This document shows positions 13,520 through 26,499 of a stretch of DNA of 64,000 bases, one piece after another; positions within the stretch are counted from its first letter, which is position 1, and every line of letters starts with the position of its first letter. The stretch is from Squalus acanthias (Eukaryota): positions 59,150,001-59,214,000 of the forward strand of contig CM059438.1 of assembly GCA_030390025.1 (NCBI GenBank). The letters run 5' to 3'. A program made the translations under genes and the position numbers. The notes beneath the pieces were generated by a model. It had not been told where the DNA came from, did not search any database, and was given only the letters and a program-made list of their open reading frames with translations.

Positions 13520-14335
13520 AGCTCGGCTTAGTGCTGGTACTGACTTAAATGGTCGTGGGTTCAAGCCCCACTGTAGGACTTTAGCATATCAGTCTAGGCT
13601 GACATCCAGTACAGTACTGAGGGAATACTGCACTGCTGTAGATGTTGTTTTTCAGATGAGACGTTAAACTGAGGCCCTGTCTGCCCTCTCAAGTCAAAGA
13701 TCTCATGGCACTATTTCAAAGAAGAGCTGGGGAATTCTCCTCAGTGTCCTGGCCAATATTTATCCCCCAACCAACATCATGAAAACAAATTATCTGTTCA
13801 TTATTGCATTGCTGTTTGTGGGAGCTTGCTGTGCACAAATTGGCTCCCCACATTATAGCAATGACTACACAGCCATGGATCAGTTGGTAGCACCTTCATC
13901 TCTGAGTCAGAAGGTTGTGGGTTCAAGTTCCACTCCAGAGACTTGAGCACAAAAACTGGGCTGACACTCCAGTGCTGTACTGAGGGAGTGCAGCAGTGTC
14001 AGAGGTGCTGTCTTTCAGATGAGACGTTAAACCAAGATTACCGTCTGCTCTCTCCAGTGGACGTAAAAGATCCCATGGCTCTATTTCGAAGAAGAGCAGT
14101 GAAGTTATCCCCGGTGTCCTGGCCAATACTTATCCCTCAATCAACATCACTAAAAAGAAATCTGCTCATTATCACATTGCTGTTTGTGGGAGCTTGCTGT
14201 GTGCAAATTGGCTGTCGCATTTCCTACATTACAACAGTGACTACACTCCAAAACGAATTAATTGGCTGCAAAATGCTATGAGATGTTCTGAAGTTGTGAA
14301 ACGCGCTTTATGAATGCAAGCTCTTTCTTATTCTT
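13520..14335 (+). mobile_element. Two adjacent Deu-type SINEs (3'-truncated ~13520-13868, full ~13869-14335)
   Basis: Same B box, Deu core and tail as the SINE at 8114-8836. Confidence 0.85.
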
Positions 14336-14544
14336 TTCCTAAGGGAAACAAAGACTCTGTATTAAGACCTTTCTTTAAATAATTTTAAGTGAAATGGTTT
14401 TCCCCGCTGAATTTCACGAGAGGTGACTCTGCCCCAGCACACAGCTCCGCGGAGCTGAGAAACAAGCCAGGCCTATTGTGGAGAGTCTTATAATGCAAGG
14501 TAGATAAAGCCATAGAAAAAAATACAACAACAGTTGGGGATTGA

Positions 14545-15068
14545 TGAATTATAGAAACCGCCCGATTATAGAGACCGCCCGATTATAGGTACCGACCGAT
14601 TATAGAAACCGCCCGATTATAGAGACCGCCCGATTATAGAGACCGACCGATTATAGAAACCGCCCGATTACAGAAACCGCCCGATTATAGAAACCACCCG
14701 ATTATAGAGACCGCCCGATTATAGAGACCGCCCGATTATAGAGACCGCCCGATTATAGAGACCGACCGATTATAGAAACCGCCTGATTATAGAGACCGCC
14801 CGATTATAGAGACCGACCGATTATAGAAACCGCCCGATTATAGAGACCGCCCGATTATAGAGACCGACCGATTATAGAAACCGCCCGATTACAGAAACCG
14901 CCCGATTATAGAAACCACCCGATTATAGAAACCGCCCGATTATAGAGACCGCCCGATTACAGAAACCGCCCGATTATAGAAACCGCCTGATTATAGAAAC
15001 TGCCCGATTATAGAAACCGCCCGAGTATAGAAACCACCCGAGTATAGAAACCACTCATTATAGAAACC
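14545..15068. repeat. 17-bp minisatellite GATTATAGAAACCGCCC (~30 copies); short arrays also at ~19085-19197 and ~20838-20918
   Basis: Periodicity read directly; the arrays sit at the cassette junctions. Confidence 0.97.
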
Positions 15069-16034
15069 TACAAGTTCCCCTCCAAGTCATACACTATACT
15101 TCGAAATATATCACCGTTCCTTCATCGTCGCTAGGTCAACATCCTGGAACTCCCTCCCTAACAGCACTGTGGGAGCACCTTCACTGCACGGACTGCAGCA
15201 GTTCAAGAAGGCGGCTCACCACCACCTTCTCAAGGACAATTAGGGATGGGCAATAAATGCTGGCCTTGTCAGCGATGCCTACATCCCGTGAATGAATAAA
15301 AGAAGAGAAAGTGTTAATTAAATTGTCTCACTTTGATGAACTGAGTACAGAACCTCCCAAAACTCTCCATATATAAATTTAATGTTTGATATGTTGCTGA
15401 GCAACCCTCAGTATCTTGGTGCCTGAAGGTTTGAGATGTGTTTATTGAGAGTGATTTCAGCTGGGTGTGGATGTAACAGTCAGGATGGTTATATTTATAA
15501 TTGATAGAGGTGTGACTGAGCTGTGGTGGGAGGGAGACAATCACATATTTTCATTACGGTTATGTTCAGAGGGAGTTTGCAGATGTTTTGTCGATGGTGA
15601 GAATGTGATGAGGACCCTGTCAGGGTTCCTGCTCCTGGTCACTGTCCTCGGACCCCTGCCGGAGGAGGCACATGTGTGGAGAGGTCTCAGGCCCCGGCCC
15701 CACGCCCAGGTAGATAAATATAGACAGATATATCGAGATATATATATAGATAGATAATAGATATAGATAGATATTGACCTATTATAGACAGATACCAAGA
15801 TATAGATAGGTATATAAACACACATAGCCTGTCCACTGATACCTGGGCTGCCCTGAAGAGGCTGCTGTAGCTCTGGTATCAGCCCTCTGACTCTGGTCCA
15901 CTTCTCGTTCTGTTTAACGCCATGGCCCTCGATTTACTTTCCTCGATTTGGAACATTTCTTCCGTGCAGCCGAGTGGGCAGTTTAGGAGTGAGGGAGGGG
16001 CAGGGGCATGAGTTCTCAGCCCTGGTTATTGGAG

Positions 16035-16248
16035 GCGATCCCTGGCCCCGAGCTCCCCTCGCGATCCCTGGCCACGAGCTCCCCTCGTGATCCCTGGCCC
16101 CGAGCTCCCCTCGCGATCCCTGGCCCCAAGCCCCCCTCGCGATCCCTGGCCCCAAGCCCCCCTCGCGATCCCTGGCCCCAAGCCCCCCTCGCGATCCCTG
16201 GCCCTGAGCTCCCCTCGCGATCCCTGGCCCCGAGCTCCCCTCGCGATC
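16035..16248. repeat. 26-bp GC-rich minisatellite GCGATCCCTGGCCCCGAGCTCCCCTC, ~8 copies
   Basis: Monomer starts at 16035, 16061, 16087, 16113 and so on. Confidence 0.95.
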
Positions 16249-16659
16249 TCTGTAGCGTTAAAACTTCAAACTTAAACAACTGAATAGAAGATCAGAGTCA
16301 GAGCTGCTGAGCCTTGTGGTGTAGTCCAATGGAATAGCTTAGTCTTGATGGCCAGAGAAGTCCAGGAACTTGATAGAAAAGTTTGAGCAAAGATCCAGAG
16401 CTCACTGATGAAAACAAAGAGCAAGCATGGTCGGGGGATGGGCAGTGGGACCAGGTATCTTTAAACTTGCTGCTTGATGTTGTAGTTAGGGCTAAAATGT
16501 ACCCATTATTAGTGCATGGGGAACCTAAACAGTGGAAGAGAGGAGATTGGGGGAGAAAGGGCAAAGGATGGCAACGGATGAGCAAGGATAGAGTTGCACA
16601 GTAAAGGAGCTCCCTAGGGAGCTGCCAGCACAGGAGCCATCTTGAGTGGGGCCACTCAA

Positions 16660-18416
16660 GTTGTTGAAGAACAACAAGGCCTCAGGAGCAGATGGAATCC
16701 CCGCCGAGGCACTAAAGCATGGCGGAGAAGCACTATTGGTGCAAATACATGAACTAATTTCTATTATTTGGAAGGAGGAGAGCATGTCAGGTGATCTCTG
16801 AGACGCCGTAATCGCGACCATCTTCAAGAAAGGTGACAAGTCCGATAGCGCTAAGTACAGAGGAGTTTCCCTGCTGTCTGCCACAGGGATAGTCATCGGA
16901 AGAATCCTCCTCAACCGCCTTCTCCCAGTGGCTGAAGAACTCCTCCCAGTGTCGCAATGCGGATTCCGCCCACTAAGGGGCACAATGGACATGATCTTCA
17001 CCGCGCGTCAACTACAAGAGAAATGCAGGGAACAGCACCAACCGCTGTACATGGCCTTCTTTGACCTCACAAAGGTCTTTGACACTGTCAACCGTGAGGG
17101 ATAATGGAGTGTCCTCCTCAAATTCAGCTGCCCTCAAAAGTTTGTCACCATCCTCCACCTGCTTCATGACGACATGCAAGCTGTGATCCTGACCAATGGA
17201 TCCACACAGTCCCAATTCATGTACGGACCAGGGTCAAGCAAGGCTGTGTCATCGCACCAACGCTCTTCTCGATCTTCCTTGCTGCAATGCTTCATCTCAC
17301 CCTCAGTAAGCTCCCTGCTGGAGTGGAGCTAATCTACAGAAAAATGGGAAACTGTTCAACCTCCCTTGCCTCCTGTCCAGATCCAAGGTCATCCCATCCT
17401 CTGTCATCGAATTACAGTATACAGACGATGCTTGCATCTGCGCACACTCGGAGGTCGAATTCCAAACTATCATCAACACCTTCACTGAAGCGTACGAGAG
17501 CATGGGCCTTACACTAAACATCCGTAAGACAAAGGTCCTCTACCAACCTGCCCCCGCCACACAATACTGCCCGCCGATTATCAAAATCCATGACGAGGCC
17601 TAAGACAACTTGGACCACTTTCCATACCTCGGGAGCCTACTGTCAACAAGGGCAGACGTCGATGACGAAGTCCAACACCGCCTTCAGTGTGCCAGTGCAG
17701 CCTTCGGTCACCTGAGCAAGAGAGTGTTTGAAGACCAGGACCTCAAACCCAGCACTAAGCTCATGGTCTACAGAGCAGTAGTGATACCTGTCCCCCTGTA
17801 TGATTCAGAGACATGGACCATGTACAGCAGGCATCTCAAAGCACTGGAGAGGTACCACCAATGCTGCCTCCGCAAGATCCTGCAAATCCATTAGCAGGAT
17901 AGGCGCACCAATGTCAGTGTTCTCGCTCAGGCCAACATCTCCAGCATCGAAGCTTTGACCACGCTCGATCAGCACCGATGGACGGGCCACATCGTCCGCA
18001 TGCCCGATACGAGACTCCCAAAACAAGCGCTCTACTTGGAGCTCCGACACGGCAAGAGAGCCCCAGGTGGGCAGAGGAAACGCTTCAAGGACACCCTCAA
18101 AGATTCGTTAAAAAGTGCAACATCCCCACCGACACCTGGGAATCCCTGGCCCAAGACCGCTCAAAGTGGAGTAGAAGCATCCGGGAAGGCACCGAACACC
18201 TCGAGTCTCTTCGCCGGGAGCAAGTGGAATCCAAGCGCAAACAGCGGAAGGAGTGCACGTCAACCCAAGCACCCCACCCACCTGCCCCTTCAACCACCGT
18301 CTGCCCCACCTGTGACAGAGACTGTAGGTCCCTCATTGGTCTCATCAGTCACCTGAGAACTCATTTTTTGTGTGGAAGCAAGTCATCCTCGGTTCCGAGG
18401 GACTGCCTAAGAAGAA
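16660..18416 (+). mobile_element. 5'-truncated, decayed RTE-clade LINE
   Basis: LKNNKASGADGIP, YRGVSLLS, FPYLGS, RWTGHIVRMPDTRLPKQ, PGGQRKRFKDTLK, C-terminal CxxC...HxxxH finger (CPTCDRDCRSLIGLISHLRTH), (AAG)n tail; 12-bp TSD GTTATTGGAGGC at 16025-16036 and 18417-18428. Confidence 0.93.
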
Positions 18417-19195
18417 GTTATTGGAGGCACTGCCAATGGCGCTGAGGGTTGCTGGTGGTGGGTAGGACCCCTGACCTCATGCGCCCCAATTCTCAACACA
18501 CCTGTTTTTCCAATGAGCTCGGCTTAGTGCTGGTACTGACCTAAATGGTCGTGGGTTGAACCCCACTGCAGGACTTTAGCATATCAGTCTAGGCTGACAT
18601 CCAGTACAGTACTGAGAGAGTACTGCACTGCTGTAGATGTTGTTTTTCAGATGAGACGTTAAACTGAGGCCCTGTCTGCCCTCTCAAGTTGATGTCAAAG
18701 ATCCCATGACACTATTCCGAAGAAAAGCTGGGGAATTCTCCCCAGTGTCCTGGCCAATATTTATCCCCCAACCAACATCAAGAAAACAAATTATCTGTTC
18801 ATTATTACATTGCTGTTTGTGGGAGCTTGCTGTGCACAAATTGGCTCCCCACATTATAGCAATGACTACACAGCTGTGGATCAGTTGGTATCACCTTCAT
18901 TTCTGAGTCAGAAGGTTGTGGGTTCATGTTCCACTCCAGAGACTTGAGCACAAAATACTAGGCTGACACGCCAGTGCAGTACTGAGGGAGTGCAGCACCG
19001 TCGAAGGTGCTGTCTTTCAGATGAGAAGTTAAACCAAGTCTGCCTGCTCCGGTCGACCTAAAAGATCCCACGTTGCTATTTCGAATTATAGAAACCGCCC
19101 GAATAAAGAAACCGCCCAATTATAGAAACCGCCCCTGATAGAAACTGCCGGCTTATAGAAACTGCCCGATTATAGAAACCACCCGATTATAGAAA

Positions 19196-20835
19196 CCTGC
19201 AAGTTCCCCTCTAAGTCACACACCATCCTGACTTGGAAATATATCACCATTCCTTCATCGTTGCTGGGTCAACATCCTGGAACTCCCTCCCTAACAGCAC
19301 TGTGGGAGCACCTTCACTGCACGGACTGCAGCGGTTCAAGAAGGCGGCTCACCACCACCTTCTCAAGGGCAATTAGGGATGGGCAATAAATGCTGGCCTT
19401 GTCAGCGACGCCTACATCCTGTGAATGAATAAAAAAAGAGAAAATGTTAATTAAGGTCTCTCACTTTGATGAACAGAGTACAGAACCTCCCAAAACTCTC
19501 CATATATAAATTTAATGTTTGATATGTTGCTGAGCAACCCTCAGTATCTTGGTGCCTGAAGGTTTAAGATGTGTTTATTGAGAGTGATTTCAGCTGGGTG
19601 TGGATGTGACAGTCAGGATTGTTATATTTATAATTGATAGAGGTGTGACTGAGTTGTGGTGGGAGGGAGACAATCACATATTATAGTTACGGTCATGTTC
19701 AGAGGGAGTTTGCACATGTTTTGTCGATGGTGAGAATGTGATGAGGACCCTGTCAGGGTTCCTGCTCCTGGTCACTGTCCTCGGACCCCTGCCGGAGGAG
19801 GCACATGTGTGGAGAGGTCTCAGGCCCCGTCCCCACGCCCAGGTAGATAAATATAGACAGATATATCGAGATATATATATAGATAGATATATAGATATAG
19901 ATAGATATTGACCTATTATAGACAGATACCAAGATATAGATAGGTATATAAATACACATAGCCTGCCCACTGATACCTGGTGCTGCCCTGAAGAGGCTGC
20001 TGTAGCTCTGGTATCAGCCCTCTGACTCTGGTCCACTTCTCGTTCTGTTTAACGCCATGGCCCTCGATTTACTTCCCTCGATTTGGAACATTTCTCCCGT
20101 GCAGCCGAGTGGGCAGTTTAGGAGTGAGGGAGGGGCAGGGGCATGAGTTCTGAGCCCTGGTTGTTGGAGGCACTGCCAATGACGCTGAGGGTTGCTGGTG
20201 GTGGGTAGGAACCCTGACCTCATGCACCCCAATTCTCAACACACCTGTTTTTCCAATGAGCTCGGCTTAGTGCTTGTACTGACTTAAATGATCGTGGGTT
20301 CAAGCTCCACTGCAGGACTTTAGCATATCAGTCTAGGCTGACATCCAGTACAGTACTGAGGGAATACTGCACTGCTGTAGATGTTGTTTTTCAGATGAGA
20401 CGTTAAACTGAGGCCCTGTCTGCCCTCTCAAGTGGATGTCAAAGATCTCATGGCACTATTCCGAAGAAGAGCTGGGGAATTCTCCCCAGTGTCCGGGACA
20501 ATATTTATCCCTCAACCAACATCATGAAAACAAATTATCTGTTCATTATTGCATTGCTGTTTGTGGGAGCTTGCTGTGCACAAATTGGCTCCCCATATTA
20601 TAGCAATGACTACACAGCCGTGGATCAGTTGGTAGCACCTACATTTCTGAGTCAGAACGTTGTGGGTTCAAGTCCCACTCCAGAGACTTGAGCACAAAAA
20701 GCTAGGCTGACACGCCAGTGCAGTGCTGAGGGAGTGCAGCACTGTCAGAGGTGCTGTCTTTCAGATGAGACGTTAAACCGAGGCCCTGTCTGCTCTCTCC
20801 GGTGGACCTAAAAGATCCCATGGCTCTATTTCGAA
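19196..20835 (+). repeat. Segmental cassette copy 3 (uninterrupted; shows the empty insertion site)
   Basis: Reads straight through GTTGTTGGAGGCACTGCCAAT at ~20160-20180, where copies 1 and 2 carry insertions. Confidence 0.93.
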
Positions 20836-20985
20836 CTTTGGAAATCACCCAATTATAGAAACCGTCCCTTATAGAAACCGCCTGATTATAGAAACCGCCT
20901 GATTATAGAAACTGCCCATCTGTGGCAACTAAAAAGTAGCTACATTTATTCTTCAAAGAATCAAACTGCTACACTTGGTAACATT

Positions 20986-21728
20986 GGCCCAAAAATTCGT
21001 GAGGAAGCCTTCGTGCGAGGGTAAGGCTTCCCCGCGATCTCTCACTGCGCGTTGGCTTTTTCAGTTCCAGCTCGCACGAACTTGATGTTCTGGACAGCTG
21101 CTGGGCAGTGCTTGCGTATCCCACAGGCGTAGTTAATTCGTGCGAGCTGTGGGATCACGTGACTCAGTTAGAGCCAATGGCAGCACACCATCTTCCATTC
21201 ATAACTTTCACATAAGTGCTGTGAAAGCTATGAATCTATACCCCCCCAAAAGAACAGCTAAACCTCAATTAAATTTTTTAAAAAAACCATCACATTAATA
21301 AAATAAGTATAGTTAAATAAATTAACCATTTTAAATAAAAAATTAAATTTTTGAAATTTTTTTAAATCTTTTAAAAAGTTATAAAAATATACTTACCTGT
21401 CTTTAAAGTCTCTAAAAAAGATATACCTGTTAAAAAAAATTCAAAATAATACTTAATTCACTACTTACCTTGTTAAAAGTGGGTCTTACTCCTCCTTTTT
21501 TTATGTGTAAAATCTTCCGTACTTACCTGCGCGTTGAAACCACTAAGTGCACAGCGTGCGCGCAGCCTGTAGCGCGCACGCGGTTCACCTAGGAACCGCT
21601 CCCTTTTCCATTCACCAAGTGCCGGTTTTCAGCGCATGCGCAGTGCATGCAGAAAACCGGTAATTGGAGACAGAATATGCGAGAGTACACAGTGCGTACT
21701 CTCGCGTAGCGGCACTAATTTTTGGGCC
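20986..21728. mobile_element. Harbinger-type MITE, 743 bp, AT-rich core
   Basis: 16-bp TIR GGCCCAAAAATT(C/A)GTG with 1 mismatch; 3-bp TSD ATT (20983-20985, 21729-21731). Confidence 0.85.
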
Positions 21729-21732
21729 ATTA

Positions 21733-22938
21733 ATTGAGGCTGTACTGACAGTCGACCTCACCCTCCAGGATCTATGTCGGTGGGAGCGGAGGCAGGGAGA
21801 AAGACTGGAACATGTGGCCAGAGGGAGGCGGAGGGCCATCAGGCATCTCAACAGGAGGCCTTACCCTCCGAGGATATTCCGACAGCACTTCTCCAACCTC
21901 CAATTAAGCGAGGAGCAGTGTAATCGAAGGCTTCGCTTCACCAAGGAGGTGGTCACCGAACTCTGCCACCTCCTGCAACCAGACCTCCAGCCTCAGACCT
22001 GGGCGACCATGGCTCTCTCAGTGGCAGTCAAGTTCACCGTCGCCCTCAATTTCTTCACCAGCGGATCCTTCCAGTCTGCAATAGGAGAGATAGCTAACAT
22101 CTCACAGTTCGCCGTCCATCGCTGTAACCGGGAGGTCACAGAGGCTCACTACAGTTGGAGAAGGGATTACATTTTCTTCCCCATCACCAGAGAGAAGCAA
22201 GACGAGCATGCATGTGGATTTGTCAGGATAGTGGGAATCCCCATCGTGCAGGGCGCCACTGACTGCATCCACGTGTCTTTGCGGGCACCGCAGAACAATC
22301 CTGAGATCTTCCGTAACCGCAAAGGCTACCACTCACTTAATGTGCAGTTGGTGTGCGACCACACACATCGAATTCTCAATGTGAATACCCGCTATCCTGG
22401 CAGCAGCCACAATGCCATCATCTTGCGCCAGACCGGTGTGCCAGCACTCTTCAAGCCACCACATCAAGCTTGCGGCTGGCTGCTTGGAGAATAGGGCTGT
22501 CCGCTCTCCACCTGGCTCATGATTCCCCTCCGCAACCCCAACACTCCTGCCCAGCACTCATATAATGAGAGCCATGTTGTCACCAGGAACATCATCGAGC
22601 AAACCATCGGGGTGCTGAAGCAACGGTTCCGCTGCCTTGACCGCTCGGGAGGAGCCCCCCAGTACTCGGCTGAGCGGGTGTCCCATTTCGTGGTGGTCTG
22701 CTGCATGCTCCACAACCTGGCCATCATGAGGGCCCAGCCCTTGCCACCAGGGATTGTGGGACCACCTCAGGAGGAGGAAGAGGGTGAAGAGGAGGAGGAG
22801 GAGGAAGAAGAGGAAGTCGAGGAGGACGAGGAGGAGGATGAGGAGGAGGAGGAACAGGAGTGAGGGAGGAGACAGCCACTCAATCGGCCTTCCAGAATGG
22901 CGGTCCGTGACCGCCTCATCAGACTGCGGTTCCAATGA
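21733..22938 (+). pseudogene. Harbinger (HARBI1-like) DDE transposase pseudogene of H1
   Basis: RRPYPPRIFR, RRLRFTKE, GATDCIHV, FRNRKGYHSLNVQLVCD, YPGSSH, TRNIIEQTIGVLKQRFRCL, CCMLHN and a poly-E tract; GDKGY is degraded to GE*GC (stop 22492-22494); second stop at 22861-22863. Confidence 0.93.
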
Positions 22939-22976
22939 ATTAAACCCCAGATCCCCGTTACTCACCACATCCCCAT

Positions 22977-25900
22977 CATAGGTAAAAAACGGGATGAGGT
23001 CCTAAAAGCTGAATATAGGGAGTTAGGAGGTAAATTAAAAAATAGGACCTCAAAGGTAGTAATCTCAGGATTGCTACCAGTGCCAAGTGCTAGTCAGAGT
23101 AGAAATAGAAGGATATTTCAGATGAATACGTGGCTAGAGGAATGGTGCAAGGGGGAGGGATTCAAATTCCTGGGACATTGAAACCGGTTCTGGTGGAGGT
23201 GGGACCAGTACAAACTGGACAGTTTGCACCTGGGCGGAACCGGAACAGATGTCCCAGGGGGAGTGTTTGCTAGTGCTGTTCGGGAGGGTTTAAACTAAAA
23301 TGGCAGGGGGTTGGGAACCTGTGCAGGGAGACAGAGGAAAGGGAAGTAAGGATAGAAACAAAAGACAGGAAGGAGAAAAGCAAAAGTGGAAGGCAGAGAA
23401 ATCAAGGGTGTAAATCAAACAGGGCCATGGTAAATAATAATTCTAAAAGGACTAAGAGTGTTAAAAAATCAAGCCTGAAGTGTCTTAATGCGAGGAGCAT
23501 TCGTAATAAGGTGGATGAATTAGCTGTGCAAATAGATGTAAATGGATATGATATAATTGGGATTACGGAGACATGGCTCCAGGATGACCAAGTCTGGGAA
23601 TTCAACATCCAGGGGTCTTCAATATTCAGGAAGGACAGGAAAAAAGGAAAAGGAGGTGGGGTAGCATTGCTGGATAAAGAGGAGATTAACACAATAGTAA
23701 GGAAGGATATTAGCTCTGATGATGTGGAATCTGAATGGGCAGAGCTGAGAAATACCAAGGGGCAGAAAACGTTAGTGGGAGTGATATACAGACCCCCAAA
23801 CAGTAATGCTGAGGTTGGGGATGGCATTAAACAGGAAATTAGAGACGCGTGCAATAAGTGCACAGCAGTCATCATGGGTGACTTTAATCTACATATAGAT
23901 TGGGCTAACCAAATTAGTAACAATACTGTGGAGGAGGAATTCCTAGAGTGTATATGGGATGGTTTCCTGGACCAATATGTCGAGGAACCAACTAGAGTTC
24001 AGGCCATCTTAGACTGGGTATTATGTAATGAGAAAGGATTAATTAGCAATCTTGTTGTGCGAGGCCCCTTGGGAAGGAGCGATCATAATATGATAGAATT
24101 CTTCATTAAAATGGAGAGTGAAGTAGTTGACTCAGAGACTGGGGTCCTGAATTTAAATAAAGGAAACTACGATGGTATGAGGCACGAGTTGGCTAGGATG
24201 GGTTGGGGAACGTTACTTAAAGGCTTGACGGTGGATAGGCAATGGCAAACATTTAAAGATTGCCTGGATGAACTACAGAATTTGTTCATCCCTGTTTGGC
24301 ATAAAAATAAAACAAAAAAGGTGACTCAACCGTGGCTAACAAGGGAAATTAGGGATAGCATAAGATCCAAGGAGAGGATATATAATTTGGCCAGAAAAAG
24401 CAGCAAACCTGAGGATTGGGAGCAGTTTAGGATTCAGCAAAGGAGGACAAAGGGATTAATTAAGAGGGGGGAAATAGATTATGAGAGTGAGCTTGCAGGG
24501 AACATAAAAACTGACTGTAAAAGCTTCTATAGATATGTGAAGAGAAAAAGATTGGTGAAGTCAAGTGTAGGTCCCTTGCAGTCAGAATCAGGGAAATTTA
24601 TAATGGGGAACAAAGAAATGGCAGACCAATTAAATACATACTTTGGTTCTGTCTTCACAAAGGAGGACACAAATAAACTCCCAGTGATGTCGGGGAACAT
24701 AGGGTCTAATGAGAGGGGGGAATTGAATGAAATCAGTATTTATAGGGAAATGGTGTTAGGGAAATTGATGGGATTGAAGGTCGATAAATCCCCAGGGCCT
24801 GATAATCTACATCCTAGGGTACATAATGAAGTGGCCCTAGAAATAATAGATGTATTGCTGGTCATCTTCCAAAATTCTAGACTCAGGAACAGTTCCCATG
24901 GATTGGAGGATAGCTAATGTAACCCCACTATTTAAAAAAGGTGGTAGAGAGAAAACGGGGAATTATAGACCGGTAAGTCAGACATCGGTAGTGGGGAAAA
25001 TGCTAGAGTCCATTATAAAAGATGTAATAGCAGAGTACTTGGAAAACAGTGACAGGATCGGACAAAGTCAACATGGATTTACAAAAGGTAAATCATGCTT
25101 GACTAATCTACTGGAATTTTTTGAGGGTGTAACTGGTAGAATAGGTAAGGGAGAACCAGTGGATGTGGTGTATTTGGACTTTCAGAAGGCTTTCGATAAG
25201 GTCCCGCATAAGAGATTGGCGTGCAAAGTTAAAGCACACGAGATTGGGGGTAAGGTATTGTCTTAGATAGAGAACTGGTTGGCAGACAGGAAGCAAAGAG
25301 TTGGAATAAATGGGTCTTTTTCCGAGTGGCAGGCAGTGACTAGTGGGGTACCGCAGGGAATCGGTGCTAGGACCCCAGCTAGTCACAATATATATTAATG
25401 ATCTAGACGAGGGAACTAGATGTAATATCTCCAAGTTTGCAGATGACACAAAGCTGGGTGGGCGTGTATGCTGTGAGGAGAATGCCGAGAAACTCCAGTA
25501 TGATTTGGACAGGTTGGGTGATTGGGCAGATGCATGGCAGGTGCAGTATAATGTGGATAAATGTGAGGTTATCCACTTTGGTGCCAAAAACAGGAAGACA
25601 GGTTATTATCTGAACGGCAATAGATTGGGAAAAGGGGAAGTGCAATGAGACCTGGGAGTCCTTGTGCACAGTCGCTGAAGGTAAGCATGCAGGTACAGCA
25701 GGCGGTTAAGAAGGCAAATGGTATGTTGGCCTTCATAGCGAGAGGATTTGAGTACAGGAGCAAGGATGTCCTGCTGCAGTTGTACAGGGCCTTGGTGAGA
25801 CCACACCTTGAGTATTGTGTGCAGTTTTGGTCACCTTATCTGAGGAAGGATGTTCTTGCCATGGAGGGAGTGCAGTGAAGATTCACCAGACTGATACCTG

Positions 25901-26378
25901 GGATGGCAGGAATGACATATGAGGAGAGATTGGGTTGATTAGGCTTATATTCGCTAGAGTTTAGAAGAATGAGAGGGGATCTCATTGAAACTTATAAAAT
26001 TCTCACAGGACTAGACAGACTAGATGCAGGAAGGATGTTCCCGATGGCGGGGGAGTCCAGAACCAGGGGTCACAGTCTAAGGATAAGGGGTAAGCCATTT
26101 AGGACTGAGATGAGGAGGATTTCCTTCACCCAGAGAGTGGTGAACCTGTGGAATTCTCTACCACACAAGGCAGTTGAGGCCAATTCATTAAATATATTCA
26201 AGAAGGAGTTAGATATATTTCTTAAGGCTAAAGGGATCAAGGGATATGGGGAGAAAGCAGGGACAGGGTACTGAATTTGGATGATCAGCCATGATCTCAT
26301 TAAATGGCAGAACAGGCTCGAGGGGCCGAATGGCCTACTCCTGCTCCTATCTTCTATGTTTCTATGTTTCTATGTTTC
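22977..26378 (+). mobile_element. CR1 LINE, 5'-truncated within the ORF1 esterase region, ORF2 disrupted
   Basis: ORF1 VVISGLLPVP...DxLHL; ORF2 CLNARSI, GITETW, GDFN, SDH, QHGF, FADD, RPHLEYC, RGH; (TTCTATGT)n tail. Confidence 0.95.
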
Positions 26379-26499
26379 ATCCCTGTCGCAGGCCATATCA
26401 CAGCGCAAAGCCGAAATGAGACACACCACAAAAGAATCCAAACTGAATGAATCAATTTATCAAAAATCAGTGAACACTTATTTACAACAAAAATATTAA

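Larger units (their letters stand above)
11675..14090 (+). repeat. Segmental cassette copy 1 (LINE 3' end + ~750 bp unique sequence + two SINEs), interrupted by a solo LTR
   Basis: Near-identical, collinear sequence at 15070-19085 and 19196-20835. Confidence 0.93.
15070..19085 (+). repeat. Segmental cassette copy 2, interrupted by a composite RTE insertion
   Basis: Collinear with copies 1 and 3 on both sides of 16037-18416. Confidence 0.93.

Noticed and set aside
21664..21732. N-terminal extension of the H1 transposase ORF (METEYARV...)
   Set aside because: Derived from the inserted MITE end that happens to be in frame.
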